Positions 11,643 through 24,838 of a DNA stretch of 64,000 bases are shown piece after piece. Source of the stretch: Lama guanicoe. Its lineage: Eukaryota. Location: positions 2,976,011 to 3,040,010 of the forward strand of contig MU054117.1 of NCBI GenBank assembly GCA_013239625.1. Reading direction: 5' to 3'. A model generated the notes under the pieces. That model was not told the origin of the DNA, ran no database searches, and was given only the letters and a program-made list of their open reading frames with translations. Made by a program: the position numbers and the translations under genes. Position 1 is the stretch's first letter, and every line of letters starts with the position of its first letter.

Positions 11643-12049
11643 CTAAGTTCTTTAAAAGAACTTGTATAAAGCAAAAGTTATAACACTGTACATTACTGGG
11701 TAGAAATAGATATGATAATAATAGAACAAAGGAGGGGAGAGGAAAAGAAAATATTTTGGAACAAAGTTCCTAGAATTAATCTCATGTTATTCTAAATCAG
11801 ATTAGGGTAAGTTGAGATGCATATTGTAAGACTACAGCAGCCACTAAGAAAGTAACTATAAACATAGCAAAGCAAGAGCGAGAGAGGAATTTAAATGATG
11901 CACCGAACATACTGATTTAATACAAAAGAAGGAAGGGAGGGAGGGAGGAAGAGAGGAATTTAAAAAGACTTGAGGAAAATAGAAAACAAATACAAAGAGA
12001 GGAGATGGAAATGCAGCCATATCAGTAATTACACTAAACGTAAATCGGC

Positions 12050-12913
12050 TGTGACATTGTGCTTTATGATAAGAAATATATATTTGGTCTTTGTCCAGTT
12101 TCTGACTAACAGCTCCCCAAACCCTGGGAATTTCCTAAGTGATAAGAGCAATGAGGGCATCTTTTGTTGTAATATTTAGTTTCTTATCCTCAGTTCCTGA
12201 GTTAAGAGCCATAAAGGTGGAATGGGTATCTTATCATTCATAACAAGACCCTTTCAACCACAACTGAGTTTGTTAATGAGATGACTTTTGGAACTCCCCC
12301 GAAGATGAGGGGTGGGGTGCTGGTTGCCAGGGGAACTGATCTTGAAAGGAGAGTTGGCACTTTCAGCCCCACCCCCTGATTTCTGGGGAAGGGAGAGGGG
12401 CTGAAGTTTGAGCCAATTGCAGCGGCCCATGATTTAATCAGCCGTGCCTGTGTGCCGGGGCCTCTGTAAAAACCCAAAAGGATGGGTTTGGAGATCTTCC
12501 AGGCTGGTGAATCAGAACACTTCCATGTGCCATCGTGCTGGACCCAAAACTCCGCCAGGACAGAAGCTCCTCTGCTTGGGAGCTTGCCCTGTGTGTCTCT
12601 TTATCTGCCTATTGATTAGTATCTTTGACAGCCTTGGTTCTCCTAAGTTCTGTGAGTCACAAACCAGAGCTGGGGGTCACGGGAGCCTCCAGTTTATAGC
12701 TGGTAGGTGAGAAGCACAGGAAGCCACTGGGACTCGCGGCGGCATCTGACGTGGGCAGTGTTGTGGGACTGGGCCCTCACCCTGTGCGGTCTGATGCCGC
12801 TTCCAGGTCAGTGGGGTCAGAACTCAGCTGAACTGTAGGATGCCCAGCTGGGTTGCGGCATTGCTTGAGGCGGTGGGGAAAAAACCCACACATGGAACGA
12901 GGTACAGAATTGT
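12050..12913 (+). mobile_element. solo LTR, MER21-like, inserted in L1
   Basis: Begins TGTGACATTGTGCTTTATGATAAGAAATATATATTTGGTCTTTGTCC as I recall for MER21; L1 sequence resumes in register afterwards (..CAACACTCCATGTAAAAGGCACAGA). Confidence 0.75.
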
Positions 12914-15900
12914 AACTCAACACTCCATGTAAAAGGCACAGATGATCAGACTGAATAAAAAAGAGCAAGACCAAACCACCTGCTGCCTGCAAGGGAAGTG
13001 GCTTAGAGTCAAACCAACAATGAGATTAAAAGCAAAAGAATAGAGGAATTCCAGTTTCAGGTATGACATATAGAGAGCTTGGAATTCATCACTTCTGTAC
13101 TTGTGACAAGATAAAAGCTGAAAAAACTGAAAATAAATGAATTTCTTAGACCATCAGAAAGCGGATGTTGCCAGCAAAGCACCACCCTGAAATCTGGGAG
13201 ACAGATGAAAACGGAGACTCAAAGCCTCAATCAGCTCACTTGGAGAAGAAACCACCGTGGCCACAAAAGGGTAGGGGCACTTAAATGATCATTTTGATGA
13301 CTTGCTGGAGGCTGAGTGTGGATTGCTGGAGAGTGAGAATCTCCCTGAGGTGCAGCTTTGGGGAAACCCACATACACACTTGTATGGGTTTTACTTCAGG
13401 AACGCACCAGATTCTCCAGGTGAGAACCCGACAGCAGCTCCCTCATGTTTCAGGCAGAGCGTGGGGAAGTGACCACGTTTATATGTGCTCAGAGCCTTCT
13501 CCATCACAAAGTTCTGCTCTCCAAGGAACCAGCTTTACCAGAGCCTTATCCATCAGGGAGAAGGGCAATTAGCCAACTCCTGTTCCCTGTAGCCTTCTTG
13601 CCTCATCTGAAGGAAGATAAAATAAAAAAGACAAAGAAAAAGTTCTGAATGGCACAGCCCAAGACCCAGGCACAGGAAAATACCGAGATTTAATCATAAG
13701 ATTATACAGAATGCTCCCCGTCCCTGACACCTTCCCACCACATCCACAGGGCTCCAGGATCATAACAGCAGATTTCAAGCAAAAGAGCTGAAGCACAAGG
13801 ACCCTACAGCTACCATCAACATTAAACACAGCCCAGCGTTTAGCCAGATTAACACCAAACCTCAGAAAAGGCCTATCTGCCTCAGTCCGTACTACCTAGT
13901 ACACTATGTCTGCTTTTGTGGAAAGGCAGGAAAAAACAGTTTGAAATGACAAAAACAGTATCAGAACTGGACTGAGAGATGTCATAGATTTTGGAATTAT
14001 GAGGCAGCAAACTAAAAATAATGGAGTACATGTTAAGGGCTTCAGTGAAAAAGTAGACACCAGGCAAGAATGGATAGATAACGTGAGCAGAGAGAGAGAA
14101 ATTCTAAGAAAGAATCAAAAGGAGTGCTAGAAGTCAAACCCACTGCAGCATGAAGAAGGAGTGCCTTTGATGGGCTCGTGGGTCCACTGGACACAGCTGA
14201 GGAAGGAATCCGCGAGACTACACAGCTGTCAATAGAAGCTTTCCAAGCTGAAATGCAAAGGGGGGAAAAATGAAAAAGACAAAACAGGCTATCCAAAAAT
14301 TGTGGGATGATTACAAGCAGTGTGGCATCTGTGTGTTGGGAATAATAGAAGAAGAAGAAAGAAGGAAAGGAGAAGAAAAAATCTGAGTAATAATGGCCGA
14401 GAATTTTCCAAAATTAATGGTAGACACCAAACTACAGGAACTCAGAGGATACCGAGCAGGATAAACACCGAAGAGTTTATACCTTGGCATCTTGGATTTC
14501 AGCTGCAGAAAACCAAAGGCAAAGGAAGTCTTGAAAGAAGCGAGGGGAAGGGAGGGCCACCTTGCTTACAGGGGAACAAGGATAAACGTTTTATTGGACT
14601 TCTCATCGGAAACCGTGCAAGTAAGGTTGCTTTCTTCCAAATTTTAAATTTTGAAAGAAAACAACCACCAGTCTAGAATTCTATATCCAGCAAAATTTTC
14701 CTTCAGTAGTGAAGGGAAGATAAAGACTTTCTTACAAAAATACCTGGAGAGCATTTATCACCAGTATGCCTGCCCTGCAAGCTATATTTTAAAAGAAGCT
14801 CCTTAGGAAGAAGGAAAATGATATAGGTCAGAAGCGTGGATCTATACACTCAAAGGAAGAGCACCAGAGAAGGAGTAAGTGACGTGAAAGAACATATTTT
14901 ACTTTTCTTATTAATTGTTTAGAGTAATTCTTATTTGTTTAGAGTAATAATACTAATGTTTTGGGTGATTGTACCATATAGGTAAGTGAATGACAGCAGT
15001 ACTGTAAGGAACAGGAGGGGAAAATGAGAATTATAAATATAGACATACTTGAACGTGGACTTAGATTACTTGTGAACATATATTCCTAACTCCGGGCTAA
15101 ACAATATTTTAAAAAGAAGCACAACTGATGTCCAGAGAGGAGAAAAATAGGATCTTAAAAGATTCTCAATAAAAACCAGGGAAGAAAGAAAAAGAGGGGA
15201 AGATAAAAAAGAAACAAAGAACAAGGGCAAGAAATGGGACAGTTATTAATGCAGCAGACATTAACCCACTGATATAAAAATCACTTAAAATATGAATGTT
15301 GAATGCAAAGACCAAGGGTAGCCAAGACAATACTGTAGAAGAGGAGGAGAAAAGTTGGAGGATTTGCAGGACATGATTTTACAAAATTTACCAGAAAGCT
15401 TCAGTGAGCAAGGCAGTGTAGTATTGGCACCATGATGGGCGTACAGGTTATTGGAACAGAACTGAGAGTCCAGAAATAAAACTTTACTTTTATGGTCCAC
15501 TGATTTCCAACTCGAGTGACAAGACAATTCAATGGAGACATGATGATGGGAAAAGGGAGATCCATTAACCTAGTTTTTTCTTTCACATCACACATAAAAT
15601 TTAACTCAACATGGATCATAGTCCTAAGTGTAAGAACTAAAACTAGAAAACTTTTAGAAGAAAACAGGAGAAAGATCTTTGCAAACTCTGGTGAAAGTCT
15701 TTACAGCTCCAAAAGAGAGCCAATAAAAAAAAAATGAAGAAATTGCACTTTATTAAAACTAAAAATCTTTGTGCTTTAAGAAACAACCTTAACAAATGAA
15801 AAAGACCAGCCATGGACTGGGATAAAGTACTTGCAAAAAGTGTATTTAGTAAAGGACTTGTATCCAGAATGTAAAGGGAACGTTCACCCTTCAATAAGAA

Positions 15901-17176
15901 GACAAACAAGCAGATTAAAAAATGGATAAAAGACCTGAATAAACTTTTCAGCAGAGAAGACATATGAAGAGCGAATAAGCACACGGAAAGGGGCTCAATG
16001 TCTCTAGCCATTAGGAAATGCAGGTTAAAACAGTCGGCCCCACCACCCACTCCCAGGCGCTGTGTTTGAAAGGACAGCACGGGTGAAGGTACAGAGAAGC
16101 GGGAACCCTCACACGTTCCTGGCAGGAACGAAGATGGTACCTCTACTTTGAAAGGCTGGTTGTTTCTTTAAGTTAAACATAAAGTTACCCCAAACCCACA
16201 AATTCTAAGGAATCTATCCAAGAAGAATGAAGACACTTCCACACAAAGACTCGTAAGTGAAAGTTCAGAGCAGCATGATTCATGGTAGCTCCAAACTGGA
16301 GATAATCCAAATGCCTACCATCTGCTGAATGGATAAACCCAGTGCGGTATATCCATGCCGTGGAGTACTATTCAGTGACAGAAAGGAATGAAATATCGGT
16401 GCAGGTTACATCATGGATGAACCTAAAAAAAAAAAAATCGTGCTTAAAGAAGCCAGATGCAAAGGTTGCTTATATTATATGATTCTCTAATTCCATATAT
16501 ATTAAATGTCCAGAAAAGGCAAGTTACAGACACAGAAAGCAGATAAGTGACTACCTATGTCGGGGGGTGGGAGCTGACCTTGACTGCCAATGAACTTAAG
16601 AACAATTTTAGGATGGTAGCAGGGTTTCCAAACTGGATTGTGGTGATGGCTGCACAACTCTATACCTTCATTAAAAGCAATGAAATCGTACACTTGCAAG
16701 GGGTGAATTGTAAGGTATGGAAACTATACCTCAATAAATCTGTACAAGTCACATCTGAAGCTCAGGACTGGTTCAGCAAGGGAGATGCGAGCTCTGGAAG
16801 ATGTAAGCCCAGGGTGACCAGCTCCTCCTCCATACAGACAATTACATCCTGACCGACCCCGGCTGACTGCACGGTGGCCCCAGTCAAAGCCAGTGTAGAC
16901 TTGACCAGTCAAGTCACATCCTTTTCTGCTGCTCATGGTGTCTGCAGACGCTCAGATTTCACTGCTGAGAGCTCTGGGACAGGGTGCCAGGTTTCAGCAT
17001 CACCAGATGGAGATACTTCTGACACCAGTGATAGTCCAAGTGCATTTATTGCAAATCTGATCTACAATCTTGGCCTTTACACAAGAAAAGAGCTAACATG
17101 TACTTCAGTGCTTTATACATGCATAACCTAGATTTTGCCCCACCAAGAATACTTACCAAGCACCTAAAACATACTT

Positions 17177-17698
17177 AAATGTCCATTGACAGATGACTGG
17201 ATGAAGAGGATGTGGTATATTTATGCAATGGAATACTACTAAGCCATGAAAAGGATAAAATAACGCCATTTTCAGCAACATAGATAGACCTGAATATCGT
17301 CATTCTAAGTGAAGTAAGCCAGAAAGAGAAAGAAAAATACCATATGATATCACTTATATGTGGAATCTAAAAAAGAAAAAAAAGAAGAAGACACTGAGCT
17401 TATCTACAAAACAGAAATGGACTCACAGACATAGAAAACATACTTACAGTTGGGAAAAGGGGGTGGGACGGGATAAATTGGGAGTTCGAGATTTGTAAAT
17501 ATTAACTAGTACATATAAAATAGATAAACAAGTTTCTACTGTACAGCACAGGGAACTATATTCAATATCTTGTAGTAACCTACAATGAAAAAAATCTGAA
17601 AAGGAACATATGTATGTATATGTATGACTGAAACATTATGCTGGACACCAGAAATTGGCACACTGTGAAATGACTATACTTCAATAAAAAAATAAAAT
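17177..17698 (+). mobile_element. 5'-truncated lineage-specific L1 3' end with poly(A)
   Basis: ORF2 C-terminus/3'UTR remnants, AATAAA plus A-tail, TSD AAAACATACTT / AAAATGTACTT. Confidence 0.9.
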
Positions 17699-17728
17699 AA
17701 AATGTACTTGATGTTTCTCTCCCAGGAA

Positions 17729-17856
17729 TGAGTGTGTGTGTGTGTGTGTGAGTGTGTATGTGTGTGTGAGTGTGTGTATGTGTGTGAGTGTGTGTGTATG
17801 TATGTGTGTGTGTGAGTGTGTGTATGAGTGTGTGTGTATGTGTGTGAGTGTGTGTG
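17729..17856. repeat. compound (TG)n microsatellite with TGAG/TATG interruptions
   Basis: Directly visible. Confidence 0.95.
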
Positions 17857-18299
17857 GGGGGCAATCTGGCGTCTGAACTGCTGAGTTTTACTTGAGGGAT
17901 ACATCTGTGAAATGATGGGAGGTTGACGTCATCACTTCCTCTGCCAACTTTCTCTGCTTTTTTTTTAAGGGGAGAATTTCGCTGCGGCTGCAGCTGGCTT
18001 CCTGCAAAGAGAGGTCAAACTGGCACCTGTCCTGCTTTTTGCCTTTCTCTTTCACTCCGGACCCCGTCACCAGCTGAGTTTTCCAGGGCTCCAAAATTCC
18101 TCAGCTACTTATCTCATGTTTCCTTAACCACGCATTTCTTGATTCTCATTCATTTCACGCCAGACGTCCGGGGCGCCCCCAGGACGGGCAGGGGGCTGGC
18201 TGGGATGCGGCGGGGGTCCCGGAGGTGGCCAACGAGCGCCGGCCTCCATCACAGCAGGAGGCAGGCGAGGTGTGCGCCCGCACGTCTGAACCACCAGGC

Positions 18300-18760
18300 G
18301 GCACGTGGGAGCAGTACTACCAGCCAAGGCGTCCGCGTTTTGAGGAAGCGAGAAGCCGCCGGGTTAGAACAGCCAGGACAGGCCTTAGGGAGGACGCGGA
18401 GCTGCGAGTCTCCCGGTGTGCGGCGGGCAGCCGACCGGTGGATGGGGGTGACAGTTACTCTGCTGCGAAAAACGAGGGGGAAGACGCGTTTGAGACGGTC
18501 AGGTGGAGGCCAAGAGGGCTTTTAGATACAGGACGCCGGGGGTCAGGAGGGGTCTGGGCTGGAGCCTGAAAACCGGGGGTCAGCGTCAGTAGCTCCTATT
18601 TAAAGCGGGGACTAGGCGAGGTCAGCTGGTTGCAGGGGGCGGGGGCAGCCAGAGAAGGGAAGAGAAGCAGGTATGAGAAGGCCTGGGACGGAGCCTTGAG
18701 ACCTTCCAACACCTGCAGGTCGGGGGAAGCAGAGAGTCAGCACAGGAGGCTCTGCTCTTC
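18300..18760 (-). mobile_element. L2 LINE fragment, unusually GC/CpG-rich
   Basis: Collinear with antisense L2 landmarks as recalled: GGTGGATGGGGGTGACAGTTACT..., GGAGGGGTCTGGGCTGGAG, GGGGGTCAGCGTCAG, GAGAAGGCCTGGGACGGAGCCTTG. Confidence 0.6.
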
Positions 18761-19334
18761 ACAGCCCCGATCCATCCTTCACGCTGAGGCCAGGGGTGAC
18801 CGTGATGTGACTCAGGGGTGCTCACGCCTCCTCCCTGCTGGCCTCCCAGGTTCTCCACTGCCCCCCAGAGAGACTCCAGCCCCTTAGACGCACACAAGTG
18901 CCCACCACGCAGACCTAACCTTCCCTTCTGGGTTCCTCTTCCTTGGCCCCTTGACCACAGCACCTTAAGATCATGGTTTGATTTCCTGGGTACACATCAA
19001 TCTCTGTTATTAGCTGGAACTCACAGAAAAGGACTGTGTCTTTTGCATTTTCAATGCCTGGCACATAGCAGGTGCTCAGTAACACTTGCTGAACAAGAGG
19101 GAGGAAGGAAGAAGGGTCTTAAGTATACAGTTCAATGGGTTTTACAGGCGTGTACATCCCTGTAACTCACATGTCAGTCAAAATGTGGAACATTACCCCA
19201 CCCCCGAAAATTACCTCAGATCTCTTCTCAGCCAGTACTTCCCAGCCTGCGCTTCGATCCAAACACACCCCTGACTTCGCACTTCATGTGGGTCACTTGC
19301 ATGCTCCCTCTTTTTGCGGATCAGGCTGGAGAGA

Positions 19335-22300
19335 GGCTTACCTATTGCATTGATTTCTTCAAAGGAACCCGATTTTGGTTTCATTGGTTTTCTCTATTGC
19401 TTTTCTGTGTCATTAGTTTATCATTTCATTTTTATTATTTCCTTCTTTCTGCCTCCTGCAGGTTTAATTTGCTCTTCTTTTTGTAGTTTCGAAGGTGAAA
19501 GATAAGATTATGAATTCAAAGACCTTTTAAATTTTCTCGTATGATGATTCAGTGTGCTAAATCTTCCTGTGAGCGCCGTTACAGCTGCCTCTCTCAAATT
19601 CGAACACGCACGCTGTCACTCAGTTCAAAGTAATTTCTAATTTCCTTTTTGATTTCTTTCTTGACCGTGGGTTATTCAGAAGTGGGTTAACTTGCAAGTA
19701 CTTGGGTTCTCCTGACGTATTTATGTTTTCATTCTTGTCGTGGCCAAAGGCATACTCCAAGTACTTCAAATATTTTAAACGTATTGAGACTGATTTCGTG
19801 GGCCATTACCGGGTCCGCTTTGGTGAATGTTCCCGTGGGCGTCAAGAAAACGTGTGTCGTGCTTTTGCTGGGTAGAAGCTTCCGTAAGTATCAGTTCGTT
19901 GGCACCGACTGACAGCAGCCTTGCTCGTTGCTTTCTACTTGTTTCATCGATTATTGAGAAAGTAGCACCGAGATTTCCAACTATAATTGTGCATTGGCCC
20001 ATTTCTCCTTCCGTCTCCTCAGATGTTGCTTCGTGTATTCTGAGTCTCTGCTATTACATGTGCATGTACATTGAGGGTCGTTCTGTATTCTCGATGAATT
20101 CACCCCTTTGTCACCATGGAATCTCCCTCTTTACCTCAGATAACAGTTCTCCTTCTGAATTCTGCTGTCTCCATTGTCAGTACGGCCATTCCAGCTTCCT
20201 TTCAGTTAGTGTCTGTCTGGTATCTATCTTTTCCAGCCTGTGTCTTTGTATACAAAGTGAGTTGCTTGAGCACAGTATAGAGTTGGTTCTTGCTTTTTTT
20301 TTTTAATCCAATGCGACAATCTCTGACGTTTAATTAGGTTTTTAGACTTGCCAATTTTATTTAATTTCCATGGGTTTATGTTTGCCATCTTGCTACCAGT
20401 GTCTATTTGTCTCATCTTTTCTTTGTCCCTTTTTCCTTCTTTATTAGACTTCTTTTCAGGGAATTCAATAATTTTTATAATTCCATGTTGTTTCCATTAT
20501 TGGATTATTAGCTATTCCACTCTTTTTTAAGGGCTTGCTCCAGGATCAGGATTCACAGGATCTATCTGTAATTTTTCACAGTCTACCCTTGTCTAGTATC
20601 ACACTCCACCTGCAGCCTAAGACGCGTACAACAAACATGACACCCCCACGTCCCCCTTCTTTCCTTTGTGTTTTTGTTGTCAGACATTTTATTGCTACAT
20701 GTTTTATTAATTCTACAATAGAGTGTTTTTTACTTTTGTTCTAAACAGTCAATTGTCTTTAGAGATTTAAAAATATCATCACAGACATATTTATACTCAC
20801 CCACATGTATGATTTCTTTGGCATTCATCACTTCTCTTTATTGATCCAAATTTCCTTTTGCCCTCATTTTCCTTCTGCTTGGAAATCTCATTTAAGATTT
20901 TATTTAAGGTAGATCACTGGTGATGGGTTCTCTTGGCTTTTAAGCATAAAAAATGGCTTTATTTTGCCTCCATTTTTGGAGATGTTTTCGCTGGTTATGC
21001 AAACCAAGGTTGAATTTTTAAAATCCTTTCAGCGCTTCAAGGATGTTGCTGCATCGTCTGCTGGCTTGAGTAATTTATGACAGTAGGTCGGCTGCCATTC
21101 TTTGTTTATTCTGCTGAACTGATGTGTCTTTATTTTTTTTCCTTTTCTAGTTGTTTTAAGATTTTTTTCATTCTATCACTTGCTTTTGAAAATTTGATAT
21201 TGTGCTTTTTTCCCCTTACGTTTACACTGATTAGAGTTTGTTAAGATGCTCGGATCTACGGGTTTATAGTGGAAAATTTGAGGCTGTTATTTCTTCAAGT
21301 GCTGTTTCTTTCCTCACTTGTTTTGGATGCTAGTTACAGATATTTGGACTGACCCCGCCCCGCAGCCCCACAGCCCCGTCCCGCAGCCCCGCAGCCTCCG
21401 AGGCTCTGCTCCTCTCACTTTTTTTTTTTTTAACGTTTTCTCTCTGTGTTTCAGCTGGATTGTTTCCCGTATTATGCCTTCAACTTCTCTAGTTTTTCCT
21501 CCCGCAGTTTTCAATCTACAGTTAATCTCATTTGGTTTAGTTTTCATTTTAGACATTATATTTCGCATCTCTAAAAGTTCTATTTGGGTCTTTACTATAT
21601 ATTCCATTTTCTTATATGATATATTAATGTTTTTCTTTACATCTTTTAGCATATTTGTAATTGTTCAAAGTTCTTATCTGCTAATTCCCTCATCTCTCTT
21701 ATTTTTTTTATCTATTGCTATTGATTTATTTTTCTCCTGGATCTGGGTCATATTTTCCTGCCTCTTTGGATGCCTGGTAATTTTTTATTGCATGACAAAC
21801 ATTGTGAATTCTATGATGTTGCAGGCTGGATTTTGTTGTATTCCTTTAAAGAATGTTGGATTTTGTCTTGGAATATGGTTAAGTTATTAGCAGATATGTT
21901 TGTTCCTTTAAAGGCTTGTTTTTAAGCTTAATAAAGTGGGTCCAGAGCAAAGCTCTGCTATAGAGGATGACCCTTTTCAGAGCTCTGCTCAGTGTCCTGT
22001 GTATTACAACTTTCCTCTGTTCTGGCTGGTGCAGTGGGCATCACCCTCAGCCTTGTGTGAGCTCTGGGAATTGCTCAGCCTACTTCTTTTCTGGTGATGA
22101 TTTCCTCTGCCTTGTGGAGGTTTGCGCCACACAAACGCAGGTCATCAGCCACAGACAAGGGGACCCCTCTGCAGCTGTCTGGAGCTTCTCTGCATCACAA
22201 ATTCTAGCTGCCTCAGTCTCCCCAACTCTGAGCTCCAATCAGCTGAATGAGACTGCAGGACTCCTTCGCATTCCCTCGCCCTGCGTTTCAGCCTGTGAAC

Positions 22301-22400
22301 TGCCTCCAGATGGCAAGCTGGGGCATCACAGGGCTCCCCTAGCCTGTTCCTCCTCTTTCTGGGATCTGAGTCCTATCCCTCGTCTTCTCCTTCTAGTTCT
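19335..22400 (-). mobile_element. old L1 fragments, antisense
   Basis: T-rich plus strand; minus ORF 21314-21652 (…KTQIELLEMRNIMSKMK…EINCRL…) is an L1 ORF1p coiled-coil remnant; endonuclease-region remnants at 19.3-20.4 kb. Confidence 0.85.
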
Positions 22401-22479
22401 TTAGGGCAGGAGGGAAGTTCCCCAAACAGCTGCTCTACTCTGAGTCTCCTTCATGTGCACTGACTCTCACCACTGCTCT

Positions 22480-22650
22480 CTGAAATAGATGCTCTTATTA
22501 TTACACTCATTTTATAGATGAGGAAGCCAGGCATAGAGGAATTTAAGATCTCACCCGAATTCATATACCTGGTAAACGTTAGAGGCGGGATTTGAACCCA
22601 GGAAGTCTGGTTCATGAGTTTAAACACTAGACTATATTGCTTCTCAGGTA
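22480..22650 (-). mobile_element. MIR SINE fragment
   Basis: CATTTTATAGATGAGGAAGCCAGGCATAGAG...GGGATTTGAACCCAGG. Confidence 0.75.
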
Positions 22651-23722
22651 AGCACTAGAAACACAAAACTCTCTAAAACACACTCAGATATTTGAAGAAG
22701 GAGTAGAATGTAGCCCTGATTTCAAATTTAAAGAGGGTGAGTTTAAAGCCTGGCTCTAGGTAGGCGGTATTTCCATGCCTACAGGATGGCTGGGGGTGTG
22801 ACTCAGTCAATGTGGACCAGACGCAGCTGGGGTGAGGTGCCCATGAATACTAAGAGACGCCACCGCTGGGGCGGCAGGAGGTGACGCATGCTTCCAATAC
22901 AGAAGAGCACCCCTTGGACTGACCTTGGCAGCATGGGCATTTCAAAGAGTGATGGGTTCAATTTGCTCAAGCCAGGCTGAGAGTCAGCACTTGTGGGGAC
23001 AGACGTGATTGTCTGGAAAGCAAATCAGAGAGGACACTTTGCAATTAGAGGAGCCGCTATGGAAGCAGGAGAGTCCCGGCTGCGTGGAGAGAGGCGAGCT
23101 GCTGACGCCTGCAACGGCCACCACCTCCGGAGTGGAGGCTGGTGACCGGACGGATGCCCGACTTTCTTCCTCTCATCACGTGGGCAGAACTGTCCCCATT
23201 CACCACCCTAGGACTCACTCCCTTCTCGCAGGGAGCGGGGTCTTCCCCACTCCCCACGTTTGCACCCCAGCCCCTACAAATGTCAGTCTTGGACTCTCCA
23301 GAAATGCTAAGAGTAAATGCTATTTTGCAGAGTAAAATTTTATCACCGCTTTTGACAGTAATAACTAAAGAGGCTCCCCCCTCGAGGACAATCTACCCTC
23401 TAATGATAGACTTTTTTACTCAACTTCTTATAGAATGAATTTCTCAGCTATCTTAACTCTGTGTTGGGAACTTGCTCAGTTTTTTGAAAACCCCTCAACA
23501 GTCTGCATGTTTTCCCACAACCGGCTTTATCGCGCCCTGTCTTGCTCACCAACACCTCGGCGGCGGCACACCGCGTGTTAAGAGTTCCACTCCAAGAGAT
23601 GTTTTCATGCAAACCTTTGGTTTTTTCAGTGCAAATGCCTCTCTTAGTCAATCTATCCCCCTATTGCATGATGGTGTTTTGGGCTTCTTTCCATTCTTGG
23701 GGTGAAAAATGTACTTCCCATC

Positions 23723-24330
23723 TGTGCCAGTCGTTAATTCAATGTCTTGCAGCTCCAAACCTCGCGTCTTTCTCCTGCTTTGTAACACTGGAGCTGGCCC
23801 CGCCAGGCTCTGATTCTCGATGCCAGCTGGCCGGATGCGCATTTTGGACACCAAGAGGGCGGGAGGGACCAGGCAGGGCTGGGAGAGAAAGAAGGGCCTT
23901 TTTCTTTCTCTGCTTTGCACTATCTGGTCTTCTGTCTGCACGCTGGCCTCCCAGGGGCATTTTATAGGGGCAGCCGGCTGCCTTGGCAGCTCAGTAGTGG
24001 TGTCCTTGTCACTGTCACTGCCCTGAAGGCAGTGTGTTCCTGGGACATGGGAAACTCTTGCCGGGTTCTGCGGCCAGCATGCGTGTGGGCTCTTTACTCT
24101 GAATTTCGAAGTTCCTTCCTTGTTCATGTTTCCCTTCCTGCAGTTACTGACCCTCCATGCCTTAGAGTTCTCTTGGACCCCACTTCATTGTACACAACCC
24201 CTACCTAGTCCACCAGTCTCTATATTAAAAAAATATGTGTGTGTGTGTGTGTGTGTAGTCAACAAGTCTTTGTATCAAATTTATAATCAACAAGATGACT
24301 TCCACTCTTGTCCGGACTCCGAGTGATAAC
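23723..24330 (+). mobile_element. LTR33-like (ERVL) solo LTR
   Basis: Starts TGTGCCAGTCGTTAATTCAATGTCTTGCAGCTCCAAA...TGGAGCTGG, ends ...GGACTCCGAGTGATA; family and orientation from memory. Confidence 0.55.
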
Positions 24331-24564
24331 CATCTAAGTATGCTTTGGTGTTTGATTTTCATTTTTGAATAAAGGACTCTATTTTGCACAAAGGACTCTC
24401 TGTTTTAGAGTTTGCACGCTAACATAAGTTTCACGTGGCAATTTAGCACAGGCTAAGGGCACAGGAGATGAAGCCAGACTGGCTCTGCCACTTCCTCGCT
24501 GCGTGTCCTTGGGCAGGTTGTCTCTTTGTGCCTCAGTGTCCTCATTTGTAAAATGGGGATTGAA

Positions 24565-24705
24565 TAGACTTGCCAGATAAAATCCAAGGCGCCCAGTTAC
24601 ATTTGAATTTCAGACAAACAACAAACAATTCCTTGGTACGTGTATGCCCCGGATGTTGCCCGGGCATCCATCCTGTGTTCGCCTTTGCGAAATCCGGCAA
24701 CCCTA
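24565..24705. mobile_element. MER53-like hAT MITE with one arm partly deleted, nested in a MIR
   Basis: TTGCCAGATAAAAT...CCCAGTTACATTTGAATTTCAGACAAACAAC...ATCCGGCAACCCTA with terminal inverted repeats. Confidence 0.8.
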
Positions 24706-24822
24706 ACGCTGCGTCATAAACGGTGAGTTGAGTGGCCACGTGTGAAGGGCTTGAAACAAACGCGGCGCAGACGGTCACCGAGGAGCCGGGCTGCCGGCGT
24801 TTGCCTGCTTGCTGCGGCGCAG

Positions 24823-24838
24823 CAGCGCCCTCTTGCGG
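24823..24838 (-). promoter_or_regulatory. candidate CTCF motif
   Basis: Minus strand CCGCAAGAGGGCGCTG. Confidence 0.55.

Larger units (their letters stand above)
9900..16745 (+). mobile_element. cluster of old, fragmented L1 (L1M-type) elements
   Basis: A-rich plus strand; ORF1-like remnants at about 10.8-11.4 and 13.9-14.9 kb; ORF2/3'UTR remnants at 15.3-16.7 kb (e.g. AAAGGACTTGTATCCAGAAT) ending in ...CTCAATAAA at about 16737; multiple stops and frameshifts. Confidence 0.85.

Noticed and set aside
17580..17904. His/Thr-repeat ORFs
   Set aside because: Translation of the (CA)n microsatellite plus antisense L1
18225..18569. 114-aa protein-like ORF as a real gene
   Set aside because: Non-ATG start and collinear with antisense L2; reported only as a composition finding
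21318..21890. 190-aa hydrophobic membrane-protein-like ORF
   Set aside because: Antisense reading of an A-rich L1 ORF1 relic; 56197-56577 is the same kind of antisense L1 artefact
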